The notes: a model not told the origin generated them from the letters alone. A DNA stretch of 61,215 bases, filler included, from Sphacelaria rigidula (GCA_964200075.2; 9 parts of 9 records of this genome joined end to end with filler, not necessarily neighbours in it), one strand, 5' to 3'; counted from the first letter of the whole stretch, positions 24,827 through 36,602 are shown. Made by a program: numbers and translations.

Positions 24827-26599
24827 CAAGTGCGGCAGCGGTAGTGTGATAACCGCACGCTTGTGTGTACAGGTGGTTCCTGAACAGGATACATCTGGTT
24901 CCATGTATCACTCACGCTCGCGTAGTTTGAGCCCCGCAGAACACGTATATTGCTGCCAGAATAAGGCAGAAAATCCTGTCGAACCTCATGTGATTGCTCC
25001 ACGAACACCTGTAAAATGAACGTTTGGGCCACGGAAATAGGCTTGGCGTTGAAGGCCGCAAATCAATTCTCAATGCCTATGCCATCCTAGTGTGAACTGA
25101 TGAGATTGTTTCCGTCAAACGAAACTGCAATTGCGACTGACTGTGTTGAAACACACCTATTTGGGGAGATGTGTGTAGCCTAGTTTTTCTTGGCCTCGAG
25201 GGTGTAGAGAATACCGTGCCCATCTTTCAATTTCGCTGTATCAATCATCCGGATGCAAAGCTTTGCTCAATTTATCCGCTGCAGCTACACTCGGTTGCAT
25301 TGCTCGTGCCAAAGGTCAGGGGATATTTGGCGCCAAGACATGCGTGTACAATAGCTTAAATGCCGTCAAGTGTACTCCTGATCGTCGTTGATACACCTAA
25401 CGCTACTCAATATTTTCCTGCTCTACGATAAGACCCACTCGCAGCGAAGACCGTCGACAGTGATCGCTTCTGTAGGAGGAGGAACCCACCTTATCGTGGC
25501 ACAGACGACGTCTTGTCCCCAATGCTTCGCAACCCGAAATAAATGGCAGGTAGCGGTCTTTGAGACACTCCAACAACCCCGAGAGAATACCGCTGACGTC
25601 CACGGGATAGATTCGCGTGAGGCAGGCTACTCCGATTGTCAGCGCAAGCGGTATGTGTAATCCTCGACAGCTAGCTAACTTGACAGAGCTGCCACAGCAT
25701 TGGCGCAGGTGGAGAAGAACATGAGACTCGAGAGATACATATTTCTGTAACGACATCTCCGCTGGTACGCGTACACGTTCCATCATTGTTCTCAGTCCTG
25801 TGATTGGTGCAACAATTGCACATCCTATCGGCCGTGCGGGGACCATCGAACCAGTGGAACCGGAACAATTTTGGTATGCTGTGGTCTGAAGAGGGAGGAA
25901 GCTTCGTTCCACGTTCGATGCTGGACTGACCACACCTAGCCAACGCGCCTGCACGGACAATACCAGGGGCGGTACGATCCTCTTGGCGATAGATGGTGTC
26001 ATCTACCCACCTGCTACACCATGATAAAGATTCACTGGCATGAAACAGAAGTCGGTATTTGGCGACAGCGTATTCTGGTGCACTGTGTCGGGCGAACACT
26101 AGTACAGCGAAACGAAAAGTCTCGGTGACATTACAAGACGAGTACTTCGCGGCTGTTCTGTTTGGGGACCTCAGATTAATCGGTGTACTTTGACGAGATC
26201 GGACAATCAATGTCTACCGACATCAAGCAACGCCGTGCCAAGCGGCAGGTGTCTCCGACATGAAAACTATGCTCGACTCGTTCTATGGTAGCCGCCCCCC
26301 CCGTCCCCGAGAAGAAACGTTTCATGAGGGCGAGGCAAAATCTGCCACATGAGCTGCTCGCAGGCGCCGTGCACATGCATGAGCACGCATGCCCAGAACA
26401 GACTACTTGTACAACATGCGAGCTTAATTTGTGCGACCTTATCGCATAAGACGGAAGGTTGATGGATTATTACGATGTCAATTAGCAGCGCTGGTTGCAT
26501 AGTCGTGTTCGACTGTCGGTTCATATAGGAAATAGCGGTACAACTTGTGACGGTTCACTGCATTAAACACATGCCATTGTTTTATTTACTTTTTCTGTG

Positions 26600-26705
26600 A
26601 ACCCTTGGACCGCGACGCGGGTAGTCCATCCGGACCACGCATATTTTTTTCACGTGAAATCAATGCCAATTCAGTTAGTGAGCTGCCCTCGCGGTCAAAG
26701 GTCAA
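26600..26705. mobile_element. piggyBac-type MITE, diverged copy
   Basis: Similar throughout to 5641-5748. Confidence 0.75.
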
Positions 26706-26856
26706 GCAACGCACTACTAATCAGGGTACTACGGTAGATGGTAGCCGCCGCGCCCCGGTAGTGTAATGGTTTCACACGTCTGACAGCTCATGAGCTAGCT
26801 CATCTGCGGGCTGTAGCTCACTTCTAGTCGAACATGTAAATGCGAGCTACGTCCGG

Positions 26857-27155
26857 TTGTAATGCGTGAGAGGACCGCGTGCATAGAGGACCGCGCCGTA
26901 GTTCCAAACACCTCAGGATCGACGTTTTTCAAAAACACTCGGGGCAGTCCCTGCAGGTACCACTGTAATGCGTGAGAGGACCGCGTGCTCAGAGGACCGC
27001 ATCGGAATTTAAACATCCCTATGGTTAGGGTTAGGGTTAGGGTTAGGGTTAGTGTCGGGGTTATGGTCAGGGGTGTGGTACCTGCAGGGACTGGCCCGAT
27101 TGGTTTTGAAAAACATCGATCCTGCGGTGTTTTGAACTACGGCGCGGTCCTCTAA
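26857..27155. mobile_element. Two TTAGGG-bearing MITEs, one (26963-27155, +) apparently inserted into another (26857-26962, -)
   Basis: Two TGTAATGCGTGAGAGGACCGCGTGC termini; (TTAGGG)4 at about 27025-27052. Confidence 0.85.
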
Positions 27156-27316
27156 NNNNNNNNNNNNNNNNNNNNNNNNNNNNNNNNNNNNNNNNNNNNT
27201 TAATTAATTAANNNNNNNNNNNNNNNNNNNNNNNNNNNNNNNNNNNNNNNNNNNNCGTAGGGCCCGGGTAAGAAAGATATTTTGAAAGGGCCATAACACG
27301 ATATTCACGTAACCAA

Positions 27317-28590
27317 ATGGGGGGGGGGGGGAGTGGTGTACTCATGATCATGCATGCCGTATTTATCTCACCATTGACCTCGCATCCCTACGAGGCCGGG
27401 ACGCAGCACGTCGAGTTTTTGCCGGGCCATCGAATGGGGGGGGGGAGGGGAAGTCGTGGTTTCCCGAATATGGGCTTTTGACGGGCCAGGCTCGCACGCA
27501 ATCACCGAGCGCGAAGCGCCGTGATGTGTTCGGCGAGTCGCATGAAGGGTGAGCTGCATCCCGCAAAGATTTTCGACCCGAGGCGTATTGACTTTCTTGC
27601 ATTTGGACGACAGCCTCCGATGAGTTGCTTCATTTTCTGATATCGTCACTTCCAGAGACAGTCACTGCTCACACACTGCCTCACGGGTGTCTCATCATTG
27701 AATCACAACGTAGAGTAGTGGGCCAGTAGTGGGCGGTCTAACTATTTGGGGGTGTTTGGGGGTTCTCCTCGCGTACTACTCTTCGATAGAACTAGAAATT
27801 GTTATCGTCGGTCAAATTTGGTACAAAAAACAGATCATCTTCGAAGCACAGTGCCTAAGTCAGTGTTAGTTGGTGTTATCGGGCGAAACGAGTAAATACC
27901 CCGTTCATCAGGAGAGTGTTGTTGACCGTGAAACACAGTTTTTCGGCCCTAGTGCACTAAGTAGGTACAAATTCAAAAAAATGAAACCGCACAATTCTTG
28001 ACACATATGATCGGGGCGGGATCGATCGAGCGAAAATACAGAAGAGTAAGAACCTGGGTTGAAACGTGGCAGGACCCCCGATGACCGGTCAGTCCGTAAG
28101 TCACTCAATGATTGACTACAGATGATTTTTTCTTCTAGGAATGTGGAGCGGATACCAATATCTTCAGGTCCTCGATGTGATAAGGGGCGGCAAGCGAAAA
28201 GAGCCCGAGACAATCGCCAATTACGAAAAAATCACAGAATGTCACAAAATGAATAGTTAGACCGCCCACTACTGTAGTACGATCATCTCTTCTGCGCGGG
28301 ATTGAGGTTCTCCCACACCGCACAGTATGATCTAGCCAGACCATCATCATGGCTACGACGAAAAAAAACACAAACGCACAAAAAAATGGCAGCCTGGTTG
28401 CTAGCTTACACAGCGGGTGGCGTGTTTTACGGCGTCGTTGCCAACCGGTGTCAACCACGTAGGGGGGTCGGTCCCTACGAAGCCAGGACGGAGCACGCCG
28501 GGTTTCGCCGGACCAGGCTGACAGGGTGTACTCATGATCATGCATGCCATAGTGATCAGACCATTAACCTCGCATGACAAGGGGGGGACA
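27317..28590 (+). mobile_element. G-run element subfamily B: full copy plus a head-to-tail partial second unit
   Basis: Colinear with 50409-50988 apart from insertions; its end GGCTGACA joins GGGTGTACTCATG at about 28515-28535. Confidence 0.85.
27713..28274. mobile_element. Tc1/mariner-type non-autonomous element with TA duplication
   Basis: 23-bp TIR CAGTAGTGGGCGGTCTAACTATT; empty site ACG-TA-GTACGATC in the paralogous copy at about 50731. Confidence 0.9.
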
Positions 28591-28737
28591 TCAAGACCCA
28601 CTTCCGGCTAATTGCTATGAACGAGTATGTAGAGGGAATAAAAATAACAAAACGGCAAACAGCGAAGCACACAGATGCTCGTTCTTCTCGGTTTGCTCTT
28701 TCCCATGGATCCATGAGATGTTACCATTCCCGCGCAC

Positions 28738-29251
28738 CTTCTTGGGAGGAGGTGTTTCTTTCCCCGCTCCGCGACGGCCACCCCCACTCTGCCCAACCGT
28801 CCCCTCGATCTGCGCCCGACGCGACCCGCGATCCTGCGACCTCACAGACGCCTCTCCCTCCGCTAGCTCTGGCCGACCTGAGATTCTCCAATTGTCTCCA
28901 CGGTCACCTGCCGGCTCGAAATCTCCGTCGTCGTCTGATGGTTGCAGATGACGCCCGTCTGCTGCTCTAAGACGACCTACAAGCACACCCTCATCACCAT
29001 CATCATCATCATCACCATCATCATTATCAAGAGGAACATCACGATCATCACTCGACTGGTTGCCGCTACTCGCACCATCCGTCCTGCTGCCGCTGCCATT
29101 GGGGGTGTCGTTGTTGTTGGCGGCGGTGGCACCGGCAGCGGCAGCGGTAGCGTCTAGAGCTGACGATGCGTCGTCGAGCGCTGTTTTGGCACGGCTCGAC
29201 AGTTTCTTTCGCAACGATGCTGCGCTGGCAGAGGTGCTCGAAGCAGCGCCT
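28738..29251 (-). CDS. Low-complexity acidic exon, probably of the NEPRO-like gene
   Basis: Polypyrimidine CAG acceptor, AAG|GTGCGC donor, 171 open codons (GAASSTS...DDDDDGDEGVLVGR...PPPKK). Confidence 0.6.
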
Positions 29252-29599
29252 CTGAGGAAAATGCAAGAGATCACGGTACAGAAAGGGAGAATAAGACGAC
29301 GAGACAGAGAGCCAATGGGGATAACAGTGAGTGGCACTACAGAGAGCGTCCAGGCCCAGAATGAGTGAACACCGACATATATGACGTGCTGGGAGGGGGC
29401 GACGAGCAGCTCGGAGATAGAGATAGGGAAATGAAGAAATTCTGTCACAAGTTCACTTCACGGTATTCTCGGCCACTAACATCGAAGAAAGAATACTAGA
29501 GGGATAGCGGGGATGTTGACGCGTCGCGACTCCTACAGAGCACGGTATGTGCAGTACATGACGTGACTGCTGTGCAGCTGGCGGGAAGGCGGATACTTC

Positions 29600-29779
29600 A
29601 TCAACTAGCAAGAAAAATCGGGTACGGTCAGAGAGAGAGCCGAGGAAACGCGTGGCCGGCCCGTTGAGTTTTGTCAAGACGGAACACACGGCCCACGCAC
29701 CCTCACCAGCAAACCCTGCCGCATCACACGATGGCCAGTCGACCAACAGGGTACATACACACAGACCCAGAAGCCACAC
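29600..29779 (-). CDS. Possible additional exon(s) of the same gene
   Basis: CTCAG|VWLLGLCVCTLLVDWPSCDAAGFA with a candidate GTGAGG donor; phase to the next exon unresolved. Confidence 0.25.
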
Positions 29780-30299
29780 CTGAGACGGGTCAGAAATGAT
29801 GCTGTCTCTTCCGGGATGCGGCAAGCGGCCAATGTGCCACGGGGTAGGCAAGAGGGTGCACAGGGTTGCGCCTGCACCGAACCAACGCGAAAACACGCAG
29901 GCAGGCAGGCCGGCAGGAAAGCAGGCAGGAAGATAGGCAAGCAGGCAATGAGACAGACAAGCGGATAGACACAAAACGACGCGCGGAAAAAATGGGTCGG
30001 CGGGATCAACGAAAAGGAGGAGCCTGCGCGATTCGCACAGTGTGCACGCCGTCTTGAGAACACTACATTACCTCTACTAGTGATTATGAAATCGTCTGCG
30101 TATCTTAAAACCCATTTTCCTTAAAGCTTCCTTCCTTCGACACTACTTGCCGAAGGAAGTCCATCTCGAATTATATTATTTGATCCATATAGAGTAATAT
30201 TATATAATAATGGGGAAAGGACTCCACCCTGTGGATTTTCTTCCCGAGGATGACTCATCACACCATTAAGTATGATTGGCGCTTTTAGCCATTTCGTGA

Positions 30300-30490
30300 C
30301 ATATCAATAGCCTCTAGCTCAAGCCTGAAATAATGTTTTCACCGATAGTGAACAAGTATCGTGAGGGAAAGGTGCAAAAAAAGTTGAGGCAGTGCAAAGA
30401 GCCTGAAATTTCGTATTTGAGTCGAAGCCTGCATTTGTGTACTGTTTTCGTATATGTTGGCAACTGCTTACCTTTTGTATAAGTGCGACA
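30300..30490 (+). pseudogene. Organellar (probably mitochondrial) LSU rRNA fragment, i.e. a NUMT
   Basis: ACCGATAGTGAACAAGTATCGTGAGGGAAAGGTG...GAGCCTGAAA...TACCTTTTGTATAA are conserved 23S domain I motifs, set in an AT-rich island (about 30080-30750). Confidence 0.7.
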
Positions 30491-31899
30491 CGAACTAATA
30501 TTGTGCACTTCCGTGAGATTCGGAACCGACTGTAATCGGTTGTGTGCTAAAAGATTTTATGGGGATATCAACCATAAATCTTTTCGTAGATTATGTAGAG
30601 ATAATTAATAGCATTGAGCAACTAGCCTGAGTTCTTGAAAGTTGTTTAGATGTAAACTTATATCGCTTCAAGTTTTTTTCTTCAATTTATTTCAGTCGTC
30701 GAGCTATTATTCATGGTGAAGTATTAGTAGATGGTAAAAAAGTAACATTTGATCATTTTCCCCCCAAGTTCGGGGATATTGTTGAATTTTGCCCTTACAC
30801 AGCAGCTGTGAACCCTGGGGGCGCGGGGTGACGGGTAGAGGGTGGGGGAGAGGGAGGCGGGGGAGGGGGTATGACTTGCGAGATGCTCAGGGATTAGCGA
30901 GTTCCGACTTCTCGGTGACATGCAGCGACGAAAGTCGACTTGAAAAGTGAGCCGACAGGACTCGTGCACTGTCGAAACGGATCTACATCCAGCGATCAAC
31001 ACAACATGATGCCCGCGAAAAAAATCTTTTGCAACACAGATGAGGGCAACATGACGTGAGAAGGAACCGCTGGTAGACGGCTCCAACCGCGATAGACTCC
31101 CTCCGGACACAGAACGCCTAAATTGGTTGAAAAATGTTTATGGCACGCCCGACCAATTCGGGATACTGTATACACGCTGTGGTATTTATCAGCACTCGGA
31201 CACCCTGCACAAACAGGGACAGACAGACTGGTCGGTCGCGCACGGCCATTGTGAATGCTTGGGGCTCACGATTGAATCTACTTTGTGTTCTGCGTAGAGG
31301 TTCGCCTGTTGTTGGACAGCTTGGTTCATCATGCTCACCTTCACAGACCCGCCCTACACTCAGGTGGATGAATGTCCAACATGCGGGTTCTCTCGTGCAC
31401 GCACGACACCAGCATGGTCGGTACACTGTGGACAGGCTCAGTACGCGCCACCGGCGGAATAAATTAAAATGGTGCACTATTAGGATGGGAAGGTGGGGGA
31501 CAAAAGCAGGTCCGATTCCCGCCAGATGCGCTCGGGTTTGTTTTTTCAAGGTGATGCGTTTTCTGTCGCCGTTGAAAACTGTGAGGATGCGAGTAGCAAA
31601 AAGAGGTTGCTTGACGGAGTTTGTTCGACGAGAGTTGACAGGGTTCGGGAAAAAGTACTGGTCATGGTCCAATCCGCGAGACCAAAATGCAAGGCGTGTA
31701 CCGGGAGGGAGATAAGTTGATCCCCTGAAATCATGGACTCATCCCGAGCAACGAGAGGACTTCAACATAGCAAAATATATATATATATATATTAAAACGT
31801 ACGGCACACTACTTGTACATGAGTACAGAAATGAGTAGCCTGGAAATATAAATGTGTGGGTGTGTATATATGAGCAAGTATTCGTCAAGATATTCTCAA

Positions 31900-32600
31900 A
31901 CATGACGGTGTGCCATCACGTGGAGGGATAAGTAACGCTGTGTTGAGGCGGACCCATCAGTTGTGCATGTTGGTCCGCCTTCTTGCACTATCACCTCACC
32001 ACTGACGGATCGCGATGTTTCATGATGTTGGCATGAATCGACGATGGTCAACACGTCTCTGAACATCAGTGTGCCCATAGTGCGACACCAGCATTTGTCT
32101 CCAATTGTTTTGCCATTCGTGGCTTTGAGTGCGAGATGACAACCGGACAACAGTTGGTTGCCACGGAGTGCGCAGCATGAATGAACACTCCAACACGATA
32201 ACTCCAGCGAGTGTTATATGAACACTGTACTCTCCCCACCACGCATGCCGGCTGATCGTCTCGACCGGCTAGTGGTCGTAGACCTTGCAGAGTACAAAGT
32301 GCAGCCTGCGAAAATCAGAGCGGGGAATAAGTGTAGTGTAGCCCCGACTTGCGTTGTGCTCAGGGGTCAGAGATCCTTGATTCAGAGGAGAACTGATGAT
32401 AGCCACAAAACTTCAATAGCTGAGGAGATGAGGGGAAGGGTGGCGCTGGGGTAAGATGGCTTCAGCGCGTTGTCAGATATGTACACATCCATGAGAGATA
32501 ACTACATTTGGCAGTCAACGTCTAGCATATTATAGTGTATGGCCATGTGATTGACAGCGAAACATCGTTTTGCTTTGACGCTTGCAGTATTAACAATTCT
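31900..32600 (-). mobile_element. Decayed gypsy RNase H/integrase Zn-finger remnant
   Basis: SGCHLALKAT...IGDKCW...MFRDVLTIVDSCQ resembles the H2C2 integrase finger. Confidence 0.5.
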
Positions 32601-33204
32601 GAGACTGAGCCTCAAGAACGACCAATGAGACTGATTAGGAATGACGTGTACAGCGTATGCACGAAACAGTGGCTTCATGTTGCTGTAAATCCACGTATGT
32701 AACCATAAGATTATCAGGAAGACCGAAAATTTTCATCCAATATATTTTTCAGGTGCAGGTACAAACTGTGATTCGGGTGTTGCGCGAATCAGGCAACGTA
32801 CAGATGTATCAAGCGGTATGAATGGCGGTGGAGAGCTTCCAACAGGGCGTGGCGACCGCCGCCCGCTTCTTGTGGCTTTTGATGGTGTTTTTGTCTCCAC
32901 CATCACCTTGCCACACAGCCCTTTGTGGTCAGGGTAAGCCGCGATTTCCCTCTTTGTTGCACGCAGAAAATTTTCTTCGAAGGGTATCGGGTAACATATT
33001 TTATTGCGCCGCACATACAGGAAAGCACGTCTCTCCGACTGCAGCAGCAACTGCCGCTGCATACGTCCTTACACGTTCTGGGCAGTTCTCCGCGGCGGAG
33101 ATCAGCTACCTATACAAAACTTGTTCGTTCCCGTCGATCACATACGACCTGACTGCATGCTGTACCGCCTCAACAGAGGGATACTCAGTCGCCTATTGAG
33201 CATG

Positions 33205-33613
33205 GCCACATGTACAGTAGGGTACATATATTCCCGAATTTCCCCCGAGCACCCTGTGTTAGTGTAATAACTACATTTTACTATTAGATGGTGACCCAAA
33301 ACAAAATCAGGAGAGTGGGGATCGGACTACATGAAACGGAAGTATATGATGAAACAAATCGGGAAAGCGAGCCCCGACCATCGCGGCTTTCTTTAGCTTC
33401 GAAGGCTCTTTCGTGGGCCAGGGACAGGGTACACCACCTTGGCAGTGACATCACTCCCGGCGACAGCCCCCCCCCGCCCCACTGGTCGTTCGGATGTGGT
33501 CGATAAATTTCGCGTCGCCGTCATTGGGCAGGTCGCTCCCAGACTTGCTTATTATTATATTACTAATACATGGCGAACCCCTTGTTACTGAGCTTCAGTC
33601 CCAAAAGGGTTAG
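33205..33613 (+). mobile_element. Right part of a piggyBac-like non-autonomous element; second copy at 41100-41491
   Basis: Shared CACTGGTCGTTCGG...GGTCGATAAATTTCGC.TCGCCGT.ATTGGGCAGGTCGCTC and end GTCCCAAAAGGG|TTA(A). Confidence 0.7.
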
Positions 33614-33667
33614 TGTGGTCATTTCAGAGGGCCCCCACAAACCTGGCGCGTGAAGAACACAAATTAC

Positions 33668-33796
33668 CTGCAAGGTCCTCAGAAGGGCGTTGTGTATCTC
33701 GAGCAGCCTGTTCCCCAGGTACAGATTGCACGCGAACAGCCTCGCCAGACAAGCGAGGAGTGCGACACATAGGGGCATGAAAAAGGTCTGGGACAC
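33668..33796 (-). CDS. Exon of a NEPRO/DUF4477-like protein
   Basis: CAG|VSQTFFMPLCVALLACLARLFACNLYLGNRLLEIHNALLRTLQ|GTAATT; the FFMP...LA..AR pattern is recalled from DUF4477 and needs HMM confirmation. Confidence 0.6.
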
Positions 33797-34068
33797 CTGT
33801 TTTTCCCTCCCCCACAGAGGTGTAATATCCAAGCACGACGCACCCAAGCAACGGCACCACCAAACGACCCGGGGACACGAAACGAAACGGAACGGCACAG
33901 AGCGACATGAGCAAGGCTTGGCCAGTATCAGGAGCGCGCGGGGCGGGGGGGAGGGGGGGTTGCCATAGNNNNNNNNNNNNNNNNNNNNNNNNNNNNNNNN
34001 NNNNNNNNNNNNTTAATTAATTAANNNNNNNNNNNNNNNNNNNNNNNNNNNNNNNNNNNNNNNNNNNN

Positions 34069-34132
34069 GGATGCGGGGTAAATGGTCAAACGACTAAGGC
34101 AAGCAACAAATGAGTACCCCCCCCCCCCCCCC
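34069..34132 (-). mobile_element. G-run element subfamily A, inserted into a retrotransposon protease motif
   Basis: The protease frame LLDTGAGGG runs directly into the G-run and GTACTCATTTG. Confidence 0.8.
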
Positions 34133-34297
34133 TGCCCCGGTGTCCAGTAACACCGTTACTGGTAAACCGAGGCTACTTTTACTGTGGTGCCAAACTCTAG
34201 CTTGCACCCACAATTGCTGTGCATCAATCCTTTTCACTACTGCTAATCTATCCGCCTCTACGCTGTCCCCCGGGGACTGCGGCCCCAGGGCGCACCT
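34130..34297 (-). pseudogene. Retropepsin protease N-terminus, in frame with gag after a TGA
   Basis: RCALGPQSPG...QQLWVQARVW...VTVLLDTGAG. Confidence 0.85.
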
Positions 34298-36543
34298 TCA
34301 TTCCTCGCCTGTGGCGTCGAAACGGTTGCTCAGCGCATTGACCGTCTCGACGTCCTCCTCCGCGTCACTTCCTGGTTGGTCCAGGGTGTGGTCGAATCCC
34401 CGATCTCCGTACTGATTGTCGATAAGCCCGAACAAGTCCCCCAGTTATAGGCTCACCAGTTTATCTCTCCTTGTCCTGGGCTTTGCTTGGGACTGCTCCG
34501 GCGGCTTGTAATAGCCGAAGGGGATGCGGTCTTTGTCATGGGAGAACTCGCAGCTCCCTGTGTCGTTGCTGCTGCAGTCCCGCTCATACGTATGGTTGAA
34601 GCACACGCCCAGAAGACGTATGGCGACGTCACGCTCCCCTTTGGATGCATCTTGGGCGGGAATGAAACCTGTCGCCGGTGCATCTCCTCGCGTGTCGAAC
34701 CTGACACTCTTGTTATTTTTTCCTGATTCTTCTCGCGGACGCTTCCGCGCTTCACGAGTCGACGAGGATGCCCAGAAAGGCGCGCCGCCGCGTGGCGTTG
34801 ACACCTTCTGGTTACTGAAGGCGGCGACGGAGTTGAAGTCTTCTTCGAGGGCTTCTTCTTCCGCTTTCCTCAAGAGTCCCTTCTTGGTCTCCACTAAGCC
34901 CGCATATATAGGTTGTGTGTGGGGCGGGTTAGAGCTGCTGTAGCGCTATTTATCGTGTCCGCTGTCGTCCGGGCACATTCACAGTGGCGTTGGATGGCCA
35001 ATACAAACTCTATATATGCGATACGTAATGCGTCCTCGCCTCTTCATTGCGGGGTTGTACGGATCTCCGTGGTTAAATGGTATCGAACGGACTTCGTCCT
35101 ACAAGGCTTTGTTGGGTATCTGTAGCAGAGTATGCGATACTAGCTGTGCCGCCGTGTTGGGGATTACCAACGTATGGAAGATCCCACACAACCGCAAGAC
35201 TAGATCTTCCGAAGCCGCCCTCCGAAAATATTCCTCTTCCGCGAGGTGTGGTGAAGCTGGAGAGACTATGGCCGCCATGGTCAACAAAACTAGACGGTGG
35301 GCTGCCGCTACGTAACTCTCGTTCTTGATCAGCTTTACGTTTGCCAGTGCAGCTTCCGCATGGCGTGTGCCCATTCTTGCTTCCTCGATAACTAGTTCCC
35401 TGAGCCACTCTAGGACGGTTACATCCCTAAATAGTACGCGCATGGTATCTCCTGCTACCCCGAGTACCGTAACCTGCAACTCCCGCCAGCTGGTCATCTC
35501 TGTGTATGTCGCAAAAGTTGGCAACATCGCCCGCATTAATAGGTCTCTACGTCTATCCGTGTATTGGTCCGCTCGGGGTTTCAACGGCTTGCTTGTCATA
35601 TGTGCGTCAGTGGGTACCCTCCGACCCCCCCCTTCGTACGCCGCTAGTGTGGTACGGAAATGGTTTAGAAACAAGACCGCGGAGTTGTGGTACGTCAACT
35701 CTGCGGTGTGTGTTCTCCCGATCGTCCCTTGTACACCACGGCGTCAGCGTCCTTGGTGCCTAGATTCTTGGCTAAGGTGTTGGCCTGACGAGATACCGCT
35801 TCCATGTGTCTTATTACCGCTGACAAGTCGCGGTTAGATGTCTGTGCAGGTGGTGCGGGAACACGGGGGTATGTGGTTCCATACGGCGTCAGTCCGTCCA
35901 ATCTTGACTGGGCGGCTGGTGTTGTACCCGAAGGATTTAGGGACCCATAGAACGGGTTGCAATACAAACTGATTGGGTCCGGTGCAACCACATACCTAGA
36001 GCGGCGCCGCGGGGGCAACGGCGGCGGAGGTGACAGCTGGGAATACGCGAAATTCCCGGCGGCCGGCGCTTGAGGGGCCTACTGGGGCGCAGGGACTGAC
36101 GTTGCCGGCTGAGGAGGCGGGGGAACGGACAACGGGACATGCGGGTACATCGGGCCAAGGTGTCCTTGCTGTCGTTGTTGTAGAGCTGGCTGCTGCGGCC
36201 GCGCCACCACCTGCTGTGGCAGAATGGGCGCAGTAATCTGTTGATGAGGCTGCACGGCTACTTGTTGCTGCGGAAGAGGTCCAACAACCTGTTGCTGAGG
36301 GGGTACGGCAGCCTGCTTTTGCTGTACAGGTCCCACAAACTGTTGCTGAGGAGGTGCGACAGCTTGCTGTTGCTGAACGGGTCCAACAAACTGTTGCTGA
36401 GGGGGTGCGACAGCCTGTTGTTGCTGAACAGGGACGACAGGTTGCTGCTGCTGTGCGGCTTGCACTGGAGACTGTTGAGACTGTTGAGCTGATCCAGCTG
36501 GGTAGAACGGTTGAGCTTGCGGGTTTAGAGGATTTCCACTCAT
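34298..36543 (-). pseudogene. gag of LTR retrotransposon R1 (Q/P-rich N-terminus, CCCH-type finger), with stops and frameshifts
   Basis: Homologous to 56780-58408 (QYTDRRRDLL/QYSARRRDLL; VTVLEWLRELV/VTMTDWLRILV; NESYVAAAHR/NESWSAGAQR); CFNH...C...CEFSH. Confidence 0.8.
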
Positions 36544-36602
36544 TATTTCGCCGGTTTTTCGCGTTGGCTATGCGGTACTTGGAACGATAGCCTGCACGTA
36601 TA

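Noticed and set aside
25400..26500. ORFs of 180-200 aa
   Set aside because: No recognisable motif, and overlapping frames; probably decayed TE or chance ORFs
27020..27070. True telomere near a contig end
   Set aside because: The short tract is internal to a TIR element that is also found mid-contig
30300..30490. Functional rRNA gene
   Set aside because: Short, diverged and lacking the rest of the gene or operon
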